Assembly (NCBI GenBank): GCA_013697005.1 | Contig: JACCXM010000103.1 | Span: forward strand, 1-63,049 | Direction of reading: 5' to 3' | DNA from: Chloroflexia bacterium | GTDB taxonomy: Bacteria; Chloroflexota; Chloroflexia; Thermomicrobiales; UBA6265 | Length of the DNA stretch: 63,049 nt | Part shown: positions 36,489 through 44,829 of the stretch, piece by piece | Layout of the letters: each line of letters starts with the position of its first letter | How positions within the stretch are numbered: the stretch's first letter is position 1 | Made by a program: the position numbers and the translations under genes | Notes under the pieces: generated by a model | Database searches by the model: none | Told to the model about the DNA's origin: nothing | The model's input: only the letters and a program-made list of their open reading frames with translations

Positions 36489-37394
36489 CTAGATTTGGGC
36501 CCGCTTCCAGGTAGTGACAGCGGCGACGAGACTCGCCAACGTGCTGATCGCCACCATCAGATCGGCATGCGACCTGGTGCCGGAACCAGTCCGCGGAATC
36601 TGGGAGACCACGGGATCCGAAGAGGGTAGTGAGGAGCACGCGAAGCCATCTCCGTTGGGATCCAGATTGTACGGGTCGATCGGGTCTTGGTTGTAAATCT
36701 GTTGCGCTTCCTCCTGGAAGTCGAAATCAACGCAGTCGATATCCTCCGCACCCTGTGGCTGAGCCGGCTCGTCGATCACCACTTCCATGTCTGCCGACGG
36801 TTCTTCCTGGTTGCGGCGATTGCGCCGCCTGGCCTGTGCGGTATCGTTTTCAGTCACTGGTTCGATGGCAAGTAACTCTTCGCAGGCAATTCCGTCCCCG
36901 TCTTCATCGAGGGCAACCAAGCCTTCGGGGTCAGCGTCGAATGCTTGCTGCGCCACTTCGGCGGTCGCGTAGTCGGCGCACGTTGGCGCCGGCGTCGCTG
37001 CATTGTCTTGAGTTCTGTTCCGATTTTCACGGCGGATTGGGCGCGCCGTATCGGTTGCGGTGCTCTCGTCCAGCGTGTTCTCTACGGTCGTGGCTTCGTC
37101 CGGAGCGGGATCAGAGACGGTTGCCGCGGGGAGCAAGGCACAGGCAACGCCGTCACCATTCGGGTCGAGATTGTTGGGGTCCGCATCATCCGCGTCGAGA
37201 ACTGCTTGTGCTTCCTCCTGCGTTTCAAAGTCCTCGCAGTCCAAATCGGCACCGGTTTCTTGCGCACCATGTAGTGCAAACCTCGGGGAACTGAACGACG
37301 ACGCAATCGAGCGTCCCCCATCCCAGCGGTCGACACCGGGCGCGGCAAACGCGCTCGCAAGCAGAAGCAAAAGAGAGAGATTCCAGAACTTCAT
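36489..37394 (-). CDS. Secreted protein with three Excalibur calcium-binding domains and an LPXTG-like (IPRTG) C-terminal sorting signal
   Basis: Signal peptide MKFWNLSLLLLLASAFAAPG. Three copies of C-x-DF/Y...EAQ...DP-x-GDG-x-AC (DCEDFETQEEAQ...DPNGDGVACA; CADYATAEVAQ...DEDGDGIACE; DCVDFDFQEEAQ...DPNGDGFACS). C-terminus is IPRTG + LMVAISTLASLVAAVTTW + KRAQI. Confidence 0.8.
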   Translation of the reverse strand: MKFWNLSLLLLLASAFAAPGVDRWDGGRSIASSFSSPRFALHGAQETGADLDCEDFETQEEAQAVLDADDADPNNLDPNGDGVACALLPAATVSDPAPDEATTVENTLDESTATDTARPIRRENRNRTQDNAATPAPTCADYATAEVAQQAFDADPEGLVALDEDGDGIACEELLAIEPVTENDTAQARRRNRRNQEEPSADMEVVIDEPAQPQGAEDIDCVDFDFQEEAQQIYNQDPIDPYNLDPNGDGFACSSLPSSDPVVSQIPRTGSGTRSHADLMVAISTLASLVAAVTTWKRAQI

Positions 37395-37587
37395 CGCCTC
37401 GCTTTACTCCCGCATGATGACGCCGGCATTGCTAGTATCGAGCATGCACCCAGGACATAAAGCTGGACGAACTTCAATGCGAGGCCGTTCCACATCCCAG
37501 TGTGCAGGGTGTAATGTCCGTACATGGGCAAGGTGCCACGTAAATCAGGTTTTGACAAGACCGCGACCTCTTCGCATTAGACTCGCT

Positions 37588-38046
37588 TCACCGCTTTTCG
37601 AATGCTGCCTCGTCCGCCCAGCGCCGTTCAGGATGAACTCTCCGCCAGTGGGTGACGATGCGATCAAGGTCCGCGGCGAGCACTTCGATCTCGATGGGAG
37701 CGACAAGAACCTGATCGACAGTCGCGCGCAACTCCTCATTCATGGCAATCTCACGCTCCAATCCCGCGATCACGAGAATGGGCACGTCCGTGCGTTCACC
37801 AATCTGCGATCGGTCAGCATGGCCGCGGAGCCGGCGTACGAGCTCGAGTGCCCCGATCCCGCCGAGCGCGGCGTCCAGAATCACAATGTCGAAGGAACGA
37901 AGACGAAATACTTCCAGCGTTTGCAACGCACTGGCAATAGTGCTCGTCCAGAACCCCGCGTAGATGAGGCCTTCACCAAGAAACCCAACCAGCTCCGCGT
38001 CGTCACTGACGATCAGGACGTGAGGCCGTTGCAACGCTGGCGACAT
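37588..38046 (-). CDS. Stand-alone receiver (CheY-like) domain protein, atypical
   Basis: VLIVSDD acidic pair and IVILDAAL phospho-Asp context are present. The conserved Thr/Ser (PILVIAG) and Lys (VLVAPIE instead of K-P) appear absent. ATG 38046 has a GAGGGAG RBS. Confidence 0.7.
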   Translation of the reverse strand: MSPALQRPHVLIVSDDAELVGFLGEGLIYAGFWTSTIASALQTLEVFRLRSFDIVILDAALGGIGALELVRRLRGHADRSQIGERTDVPILVIAGLEREIAMNEELRATVDQVLVAPIEIEVLAADLDRIVTHWRRVHPERRWADEAAFEKR

Positions 38047-38252
38047 ACGACTCCCTCGGAACCAGGCGAACACCGCACGTTCCGAATACGGTATGATGAC
38101 GATACCCCGCGTGACCATGGACTCGTTTTGCGCTATCCGTATCGCAGATCGCCGACGTGACATTCTTGTCCGTGGATGCGGCGCTGGACGGAATTGTGCG
38201 ATACGCTGTGGTTGAGTGTGGATCCGTGGAAACGATTGTTTCGTCTAAGGGA

Positions 38253-39344
38253 ATGGGATATGGGACAGTGCTGACCAAGCGAGGTCAAAACCCCATGTTG
38301 CTATGCGCGTGCGCGATCGCATCGGCGGCGTGGATCGCTGGCGCTACGCCTTTTTTTGTGCCGCCGGTGGCTGGCCTGGAAGTCGTCAGCGCGCAGCCGC
38401 CGCTGGTCATGACGGGTTCGCCGCGCCAAGCCGATCAGCCTGCGATTCAGCAAGTTGGCGAGGGAACTGGTCAAGACGCGGAAAACCTTGATGATGGTGA
38501 GGCGACGCCACTGATTTCCACTCCATCAGATCAAGAGACGCTCGATAACAAAGCGACTCCCGAGACGCCGCAAGGTGATACCGAGCTTTTGGATCAGGGT
38601 ACGCCTTACGTTGCGACCGATGTATCAGTCGCGCCCGTCGCTACGACCTACGCCGCACCGTCCACAGAAACCACCGTCACCTATGTCGAGCCGGCGTCAC
38701 CACCCCCGGCCGGTCCGGTGGTTCCCGCGGGATTTGGGACGGGCCAAGTTCTGGTAGCAGCGGGGCAATCGACATTCCCTGCTGGACTTGGGGAATGCCA
38801 CGTGGGAGTAGTGACCGGCCGCGCGTATGTCGGCATCGATTGTGGCGAAGGGACGTCAGTTGTCGGTCACGCGCCGACGTACCAGGACTTTCCATTCTAC
38901 CCCGCGGTTGGCTTCCCATTCGAAGGTGACGAGTCGTTTTTTACCCAAGGCGCGGATTTTCCCTTCGGCAATGAAGTCGGTGTGGAAGCACGGCAAATGG
39001 CTCGTCATAGCTTGGACGATGAGAGCCCGGCCACGGTGTCTGAAACTCGCGGCAGGTCATCCGTGGAATTTTCGCAAAGAAGTCATAAGAGAAACGGGCG
39101 GGCTCGGAATCGGAATCGGGATTCGAGGAGTGTCGCTGACTCCGGCCAACAGAGGCCGAAGCACGGCAGCGTGGCGAGTGAACGCAGCAACGACGGATCC
39201 CTCAGCACCGAATCGACCACTTCCGTCAGCGGAGAGCAACAGCTTGAGACCGAGCAGGTCGCCGCTGGCGCCACGGAGAAAAAATCCAAGAAAGCGAAGG
39301 GGACAAAGAAACCCCGGGAACGCAGAGCGCAGAGAAACCGCTGA
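38253..39344 (+). CDS. Hypothetical secreted/anchored low-complexity protein (acidic Pro/Thr-rich region, Gly-rich region, Arg/Asn/Lys-rich tail)
   Basis: Longest ORF in the region. Leader is MGYGTVLTKRGQNPMLLCACAIASAAWIAGA. The tail is ...SHKRNGRARNRNRDSRS...KKSKKAKGTKKPRERRAQRNR. No family recognised. Start is uncertain (38157, 38253 or 38295). Confidence 0.5.
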   Translation: MGYGTVLTKRGQNPMLLCACAIASAAWIAGATPFFVPPVAGLEVVSAQPPLVMTGSPRQADQPAIQQVGEGTGQDAENLDDGEATPLISTPSDQETLDNKATPETPQGDTELLDQGTPYVATDVSVAPVATTYAAPSTETTVTYVEPASPPPAGPVVPAGFGTGQVLVAAGQSTFPAGLGECHVGVVTGRAYVGIDCGEGTSVVGHAPTYQDFPFYPAVGFPFEGDESFFTQGADFPFGNEVGVEARQMARHSLDDESPATVSETRGRSSVEFSQRSHKRNGRARNRNRDSRSVADSGQQRPKHGSVASERSNDGSLSTESTTSVSGEQQLETEQVAAGATEKKSKKAKGTKKPRERRAQRNR

Positions 39345-39676
39345 CGGCAATCCGGGCCAAAAACATTCGGGCCTCATTCGCGCTAACGCCAAGAATCTCC
39401 ACAAGCGCGAGATGTCAGGTTGATCGGCACGAGAGATTCCAACGGGCCAGCAACAGTGCGATTTTCGAAATGATTGCCCTCGTCGCAGGGCACGCGAGGG
39501 GTGCGAATCAACGTCCGTATAAGGTCAACCGGGACTGGCTTCAGGCGAGAAGCATTACCGGCAAGTGCCTCGTTGACTCGCCCGGTCAATGCAGTGAGTT
39601 CGAGCGTGCGCGTAATCGGTGGGGGAGGCTTCGAGGCCGCGTGCCGTGGGGTCTGGGGGATGGCGACTGCACACTA

Positions 39677-40489
39677 CTAGCTCGTGAAATCCATATCGTT
39701 ATTGCCGCCGTCATCGAAAGGCTCGTCATCCAACAATCCAGCAAAGTCAGGATCGTCAGTGTTGATAATCGTCGCTCCGTTGGGACCAGAGATTGCAATG
39801 ATGTTCCCGGAACGAGCGAATGCGAAACCCCCACCAGTGCTGGCGACGACGCCAGTATTTGACTCGCCGAGCAGACCCGCGTCGAACGCGTCGATTCCAT
39901 CAAATGCGCCGGTGAGGGCGACATTGGGGTTGGTTCGCGCCACCGGATCCAGCACCGAAGCTTCGCCTACAGTCGCGTCGACACCTGGCTCATCGTCACG
40001 GTTACTCGTTTGCTCGAGTTCCCGCGAACGGCGATTGTTTCCTCGTGCGGACGCATCATCGCCAGACTGACTGCTTGCCTCGGCGTCCGAATTAGCGTCT
40101 TGCCGCCGTGAAACCCGGCGACTATTGCCTTGGGCGGATTCATCGGTAGCGGTCTCGTCCTCCGCCGCGCGCTGCTCGCGACGGGCTTGCCGTTCGCTTC
40201 TCGCATCCGCAGTCTCGGAAGCTGCTTGAGATTCGTCGTTCGTTTTTGCGTCCTTGGTCTGGTTGGTTTTCTCACCCTCGTCGTTCGCGCTCTGTTGCTT
40301 GGTGTCACTTTGGGATGCCGAATCTTCAGTTGTTTCGTCCTGCGCCTTACGCCTCTTCGTGCGCGCGGCACCAGCCACTGCTGGCAAAACGGTGGCGAAT
40401 CCAGTACTTGCCACGATTGCGCCCGATCGAGACCAGACCCGGGAGCCTGCCTTGCGCCAGGACGATAGACGGTGCAAGTGCTCGTTCAA
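39677..40489 (-). CDS. Hypothetical signal-anchored low-complexity protein (charged Arg/Asn/Asp/Glu-rich region, Gly-rich and acidic C-terminus)
   Basis: Hydrophobic segment GAIVASTGFATVLPAVAGAA, then RTKRRKAQDETTEDS...GNSRRVSRRQD...GNNRRSRELEQTSNRDDE. The C-terminus is GGGFAFARSGNIIAISGPNGATIINTDDPDFAGLLDDEPFDDGG. No family recognised. Confidence 0.5.
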   Translation of the reverse strand: MNEHLHRLSSWRKAGSRVWSRSGAIVASTGFATVLPAVAGAARTKRRKAQDETTEDSASQSDTKQQSANDEGEKTNQTKDAKTNDESQAASETADARSERQARREQRAAEDETATDESAQGNSRRVSRRQDANSDAEASSQSGDDASARGNNRRSRELEQTSNRDDEPGVDATVGEASVLDPVARTNPNVALTGAFDGIDAFDAGLLGESNTGVVASTGGGFAFARSGNIIAISGPNGATIINTDDPDFAGLLDDEPFDDGGNNDMDFTS

Positions 40490-40896
40490 TCGATGCCTTC
40501 CCTCTGCCTATTTGCCGCGATCACGCCGCAGCATGGTACTTCGTTGGTTTTCCCAAAATCATGATATGAACCCACGTAACGATGAGCACGTGTCTCCGGT
40601 GGAAACGAGCGAACCTTGATTGACGTTTCCTCGCTGGCAACGCGTGCCGGCTGGGAGTTGATCCAAGTCTATCATGCAAAAGGGGAGCACTCCATCTGAT
40701 GCGGCGCGTACGTACGCCTCGTAGCCGGATCGGCCATCGTTTGTGATTCCTTCCCGCCGCGATCCCACGTGAGCATCGCACTAACCGGTCGCGAGTCAAC
40801 CGACCTTGGGGGACGCTTGAGCTTGTCTCATGATCGCCCAGTCCGTACGCTTGTCGACACGTTTCGGCGCAGTTTCAGCATCAATTGGAGTAGCTC

Positions 40897-41172
40897 ATGA
40901 CCCTTTCTCGCGGCCGCGGTCGGATGACCATCATCGACGGCCGCGCGTTCATCACCGCTCGCTGCTCGCTGTGCGGTAAGGAGCATCGATACGATAAAGG
41001 CGACGCCACTGGCGAAGCCGTCGCGGAGATTCGCAACTCCGGGTTTAGCGACGAATGGCTTCCCTGCCAGGCAGACCTTCCTGGAAACTTTTGGCGAGTC
41101 TTCATCGCCAGCGGGCGGCAGGGGATGAAACCGAGTTCGTCGCGCCGGGGATCAGCATCGAGGATCAATTGA
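40897..41172 (+). CDS. Small hypothetical protein with CxxC-x3-H...C motif
   Basis: GGAG lies 7 nt upstream of the ATG. The first two thirds have high third-position GC. Sequence MTLSRGRGRMTIIDGRAFITARCSLCGKEHRYDKGD...LPCQ. The stop overlaps a TTG (TTGA) in the trmH frame. Confidence 0.45.
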   Translation: MTLSRGRGRMTIIDGRAFITARCSLCGKEHRYDKGDATGEAVAEIRNSGFSDEWLPCQADLPGNFWRVFIASGRQGMKPSSSRRGSASRIN

Positions 41173-41825
41173 CGAAAGTCGACGCCGTCGACCGCCAAAC
41201 GTTGGCTGGATCCCACCCGCAAAAACTCGATCGATGGCCTCGTACCGAGCGAAGGCAGGCCCGGATCGCGTCGGTCCTATCGCGACGGCAACCCGATTTG
41301 ACAGTTGTTCTGGAGAATATCCACGATCCACATAACGTGAGTGCGATCCTGCGCAGTTGCGACGCCGTCGGAGTGCTACGGGTGCACACGGTGTACTCGG
41401 TGGAGGAGCCGCCACCTGGCGCGTTCGCACGGCAGACATCGGCCAGCGCGGCAAAATGGGTCGAGGTTATGAGGCACCGGTCCCTCGCGCAGTGTTTCGA
41501 TTACCTCCGGGCGGAGAACTTCAGGATTCTGGTAACGAGCGTTGGATCGGGCGCGCGCCAACTTTTTGATTGGGAATTCCTCGATCCGGTGGCGTTGGTC
41601 TTTGGCAACGAGATGCGCGGCGCCTCGGTCGACGCTCGGACGGGAGCGGACGGCGCGATCGAAATCCCTATGGCCGGCATGGTGGAAAGTTTGAACGTCT
41701 CCGTCGCCTGCGCAGTTTGTCTCTTTGAGGTATATCGGCAGCGCACGGCAGCAGGCGCTTATGACGCACCGAAGCTCGATCGGACTGCGCGGCGGGCCTT
41801 GGAGGATGACTGGCTACGCCGCTAG
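41169..41825 (+). CDS. trmH: TrmH/SpoU family tRNA/rRNA 2'-O-methyltransferase
   Basis: LTVVLENIHDPHNVSAILRSCDAVGV, LVFGNEMRG, IPMAGMVESLNVSVA. Start is uncertain: TTG 41169 or ATG 41055 (the latter overlaps the small ORF by 118 nt). Confidence 0.85.
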   Translation: MTKVDAVDRQTLAGSHPQKLDRWPRTERRQARIASVLSRRQPDLTVVLENIHDPHNVSAILRSCDAVGVLRVHTVYSVEEPPPGAFARQTSASAAKWVEVMRHRSLAQCFDYLRAENFRILVTSVGSGARQLFDWEFLDPVALVFGNEMRGASVDARTGADGAIEIPMAGMVESLNVSVACAVCLFEVYRQRTAAGAYDAPKLDRTARRALEDDWLRR

Positions 41826-41910
41826 TAACTGAGATCTCATCCGCTCTTTTTGCCAGCCGTGCAACGATCGGACTGAGCTTCGCGGCGAGCGGCCGGTTGC
41901 GCCTGCCGCA

Positions 41911-42465
41911 TCAGAACTGCAGAACCACTGACTGATTTTCACCGTCACGAAGGAACTTCGCGGTCGCTTGATCGCCAGGTTTGAGGGTTTCCACCATCTG
42001 GTCCAATGCGGCCATGTTGCGCACTCGTTTGCCGGCAAAACTGGTAATGATGTCGCCAGGCTGAAGTTGAGCGCGCGAGGCGACGGTTTTGGAGCGTACC
42101 TTGCCGACGTAGACACCCTTTGTGCCTGCGGGAATGGCCTCGGCTCGCTCGGGATGCGTGGCGAGATATTCCTCGGCGTCCGCGGCCATAATGCCAAGTG
42201 GGGGACGCTTGGGACCAGCAAACTTTTCTGCCAGTTTCGCGAATTTCTGCTGATCGAACCCCAAGATTACGTCGCCGTTGGACACCGTCACCGGTACGCC
42301 CTGTTGGCCGCTGAGGCGGATCATCTCCATCGCCGCCGTGTAATCTTTAGCGACGTCCTTTTCGACGAATGGCACATTGTTTCGGCTAAGGAACTCCTTA
42401 GCTCTATCGCACCACGGTCAGGTGTTGGTGGTGTAAACCGTGACTTGAGCGGCGGTGTCCGTCAT
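41911..42465 (-). CDS. Glutaredoxin-like (YruB/NrdH-type) + PDZ fusion protein; candidate selenoprotein with in-frame UGA at 42418-42420 (U-P-W-C redox motif)
   Basis: Own translation from ATG 42465 (RBS GAAGAGGA): MTDTAAQVTVYTTNT-TGA-PWCDRAKEFLSRNNVPFVEKDVAKDYTAAMEMIRLSGQQGVPVTVSNGDVILGFD..., then PDZ (GVYVGKVRSKTVASRAQLQPGDIITSFAGKRV). The track lists only the 154-aa fragment from GTG 42375, which lacks the redox motif. Confidence 0.7.
42385..42402 (-). promoter_or_regulatory. SECIS-like hairpin downstream of the in-frame UGA
   Basis: On the mRNA: UGA + 15 nt + GCUAAGG-AGUU-CCUUAGC (perfect 7-bp stem, 4-nt loop containing GU). The loop starts 22 nt after the UGA. Confidence 0.5.
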
Positions 42466-42581
42466 CGTTGTCCTCTTCGTGTATTGCCCGGCAACCTCGT
42501 TGCGATCGGCTCTCCGCTCCCCGGTAGCCCAATGACATTATGGTACCAGTATTGATTCACCCGAAAGCGCTCAACGCCCGC

Positions 42582-44174
42582 TCACTCCCATTCAATGGTC
42601 GCCGGTGGCTTGGAGGTAATGTCGTAGACGACCCTGGTAATGCCCCGCACTTCATTGACAATGCGGTTGCTGATCCGAGCCAGGGTGTCAAAGGGGAGGC
42701 GTGTCCAGTCGGCGGTCATGGCGTCTTCGGAACTGACCGCTCTCACCGCGCAGACGCGGCCGTAGGTCCGATAATCACCCATGACTCCAACCGAGCGAAC
42801 TGGGAGAAGCACCGCAAAGCACTGCCAAACACCGGCACTCTGGCCCAACTCATCTATCTCTTCGCGGACTATTGCATCTGCTGCGCGAAGGAGATCGAGC
42901 TCTTCCCATGTGACCTCGCCAATGATGCGCACCGCGAGACCAGGACCGGGAAACGGCTGACGGTCCACGATTTCCGCGGGAAGCGCGAGAGTACGACCGA
43001 CATCGCGAACCTCGTCCTTGAACAGGTACCGTAATGGCTCGACCAACGAAAATGGCAGATCGGCTGGAAGACCGCCGACGTTGTGGTGAGACTTGATTTT
43101 GACCGCCGCATTCGTGTCGGGGGCAGTGCTCTCGATGACGTCGGGATAAAGCGTTCCTTGTGCGAGAAACTCGAACGGGCCGTGCAGGTTTGCTTGCGCT
43201 TCAAACACCCGGATGAATTCGTCGCCAACGATTTTCCGTTTTTCTTCCGGATCCACAATTCCCTGGAGCCGGCCCAGGAAGCGATCCCTCGCGTCGACGA
43301 AGATCAATTTCATCCCGAAAGCGCGATCAAACACCTCGCGCACCAGCTCAGCCTCGCCGAGCCGGAGCAGTCCGTTATCGACGAAAACTGGCGTCAAGCG
43401 GTCCCCAATGGCGCGATGAATGAGGGCCGCCGCCACCGACGAGTCGACACCACCGCTGAGTCCGAGCAAGACCCGGTTTTCACCGACGGTCTTCCGGATT
43501 TGGCGAACCGCGCTGTCTACGAAATGGGTCGCCGTCCAGTCGGTGCGACAGTGGCAGACATCAACGAGAAAATTGCGCAGCAAATCTCGGCCTAAGGGAG
43601 TATGCACGACCTCTGGATGAAATTGGATTCCAAAGCGGCGTCCGTCACTCATTGCCGCAATGGGTGCGTTGTGTGAGCTTGCGATTCCAAGGAAACCGGA
43701 TGGTAAACGCGTTACGTGATCGCCGTGACTCATCCACACATCGAGAGAAGGTGGGAGATCATGAAAGAGGGCGCACGATTGGGTGACGTCGATAGTCGCT
43801 GGTCCGTATTCTCGTTTCGCTGCCGGTTCGACTTCGCCGTCGAGATGGTGGGCGAGCAAGTGCATGCCGTAACAAATACCGAGCAAGGGCACATCTTCGC
43901 GAATGATCCAGGCGGGGAGCGATGGCGCCCCCGGGTCATAAACGCTGGCGGGTCCACCCGAGAGAATAATGCCTTTCGGCTGGAGCGGTGCCACGTCGGT
44001 CCACTCCGTGTCCCAGGGCAAGAGAACGCTGAAAACGCCCGCTTCCCGAACCCGCCGGGCGATCAACTGGCTGTACTGACTCCCGAAATCGAGCACGACA
44101 ATGGTGTCGAATTCCGGTAAGGGGACTGCCTCATTGCCGGCTTGCGCGACGCGGGCGAGCTCCATGTGTGTCAT
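42582..44174 (-). CDS. guaA: Glutamine-hydrolysing GMP synthase
   Basis: [43 protein letters not shown]-terminal [12 protein letters not shown] 44174 (MTHMELARV) is preferred over the track start at 44318. Confidence 0.95.
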   Translation of the reverse strand: MTHMELARVAQAGNEAVPLPEFDTIVVLDFGSQYSQLIARRVREAGVFSVLLPWDTEWTDVAPLQPKGIILSGGPASVYDPGAPSLPAWIIREDVPLLGICYGMHLLAHHLDGEVEPAAKREYGPATIDVTQSCALFHDLPPSLDVWMSHGDHVTRLPSGFLGIASSHNAPIAAMSDGRRFGIQFHPEVVHTPLGRDLLRNFLVDVCHCRTDWTATHFVDSAVRQIRKTVGENRVLLGLSGGVDSSVAAALIHRAIGDRLTPVFVDNGLLRLGEAELVREVFDRAFGMKLIFVDARDRFLGRLQGIVDPEEKRKIVGDEFIRVFEAQANLHGPFEFLAQGTLYPDVIESTAPDTNAAVKIKSHHNVGGLPADLPFSLVEPLRYLFKDEVRDVGRTLALPAEIVDRQPFPGPGLAVRIIGEVTWEELDLLRAADAIVREEIDELGQSAGVWQCFAVLLPVRSVGVMGDYRTYGRVCAVRAVSSEDAMTADWTRLPFDTLARISNRIVNEVRGITRVVYDITSKPPATIEWE

Positions 44175-44214
44175 CCGTGCTCCAATGCTTGGGCGAATCC
44201 CCGGACCCAGGCCA

Positions 44215-44673
44215 TCATTCGGCTGCAGATACGTCGCCAAGATAGTGGTACGTGCGGTCAAACTCCCAGCCAGCAATCGTCTCCAATTCGACTTCCACTC
44301 GTGGGTGCAGCGGGTCAATTCTCTTGGTTAAGTGAAGATCGACAATCGCCCGATCGTCGAATCCCAAGGCGCGGCCGAGGGCATCCAAGGTGATCTTCAA
44401 CCCCCCGTCGAGATCGCGACGATGAGGTGTCTCGAAAAAGTACACGAGGTAGACACCAAGCAAAGAGCTGCCCAGCGCGGTGCTTACTGGTACCGAAAGC
44501 TGGCCACCTGAGCGCATGGCGGCGACGATTTTCGTCACGTCGCGGTTGAAATGCTTGGCCGTCGCGCTGAGCACACGACGGCGACCCACGCTCACGTATT
44601 GATTGTTCACGCCGGGAGGAAGCGGGAGAACCACCTGGAATGTCACTGGAGCCGCCAGTTCGGAAATTGGCAT
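44215..44673 (-). CDS. rusA: RusA-like crossover junction endodeoxyribonuclease
   Basis: [12 protein letters not shown]..., [33 protein letters not shown] (the D-x-D...K...DAL...DD pattern of RusA). ATG 44673 preferred. Confidence 0.65.
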   Translation of the reverse strand: MPISELAAPVTFQVVLPLPPGVNNQYVSVGRRRVLSATAKHFNRDVTKIVAAMRSGGQLSVPVSTALGSSLLGVYLVYFFETPHRRDLDGGLKITLDALGRALGFDDRAIVDLHLTKRIDPLHPRVEVELETIAGWEFDRTYHYLGDVSAAE

Positions 44674-44829
44674 GATCGACAAGCCTGTTGCGAGGGGCTG
44701 AGGAAGTTTACCGGTTCTTTGCGCTGAACACCTAATCGCGCCGGCCAACTGCCCGTGGATGATCGGATTCGCATGCAGAAGCCGCTATGATTTTGACATG
44801 GCGCTCATAGTGCTCGTTGCGATGTCACG

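Noticed and set aside
37060-38160. 366-aa plus-strand ORF.
   Set aside because: It runs antisense across the Excalibur gene start, the intergenic region and the receiver gene. It has a low-complexity Ser/Arg/Ala composition, whereas the minus-strand genes have recognisable domains and RBSs.
42418-42420. Interpreting the in-frame TGA as a simple nonsense mutation or pseudogene.
   Set aside because: This is not fully excluded, but it is less likely. The stop falls exactly on the catalytic Cys codon (TGC/TGT to TGA is also the Sec pattern). The frame is otherwise intact on both sides, with a good RBS. A perfect hairpin sits at SECIS-appropriate distance. The possibility is kept as the explicit refutation test in the finding.
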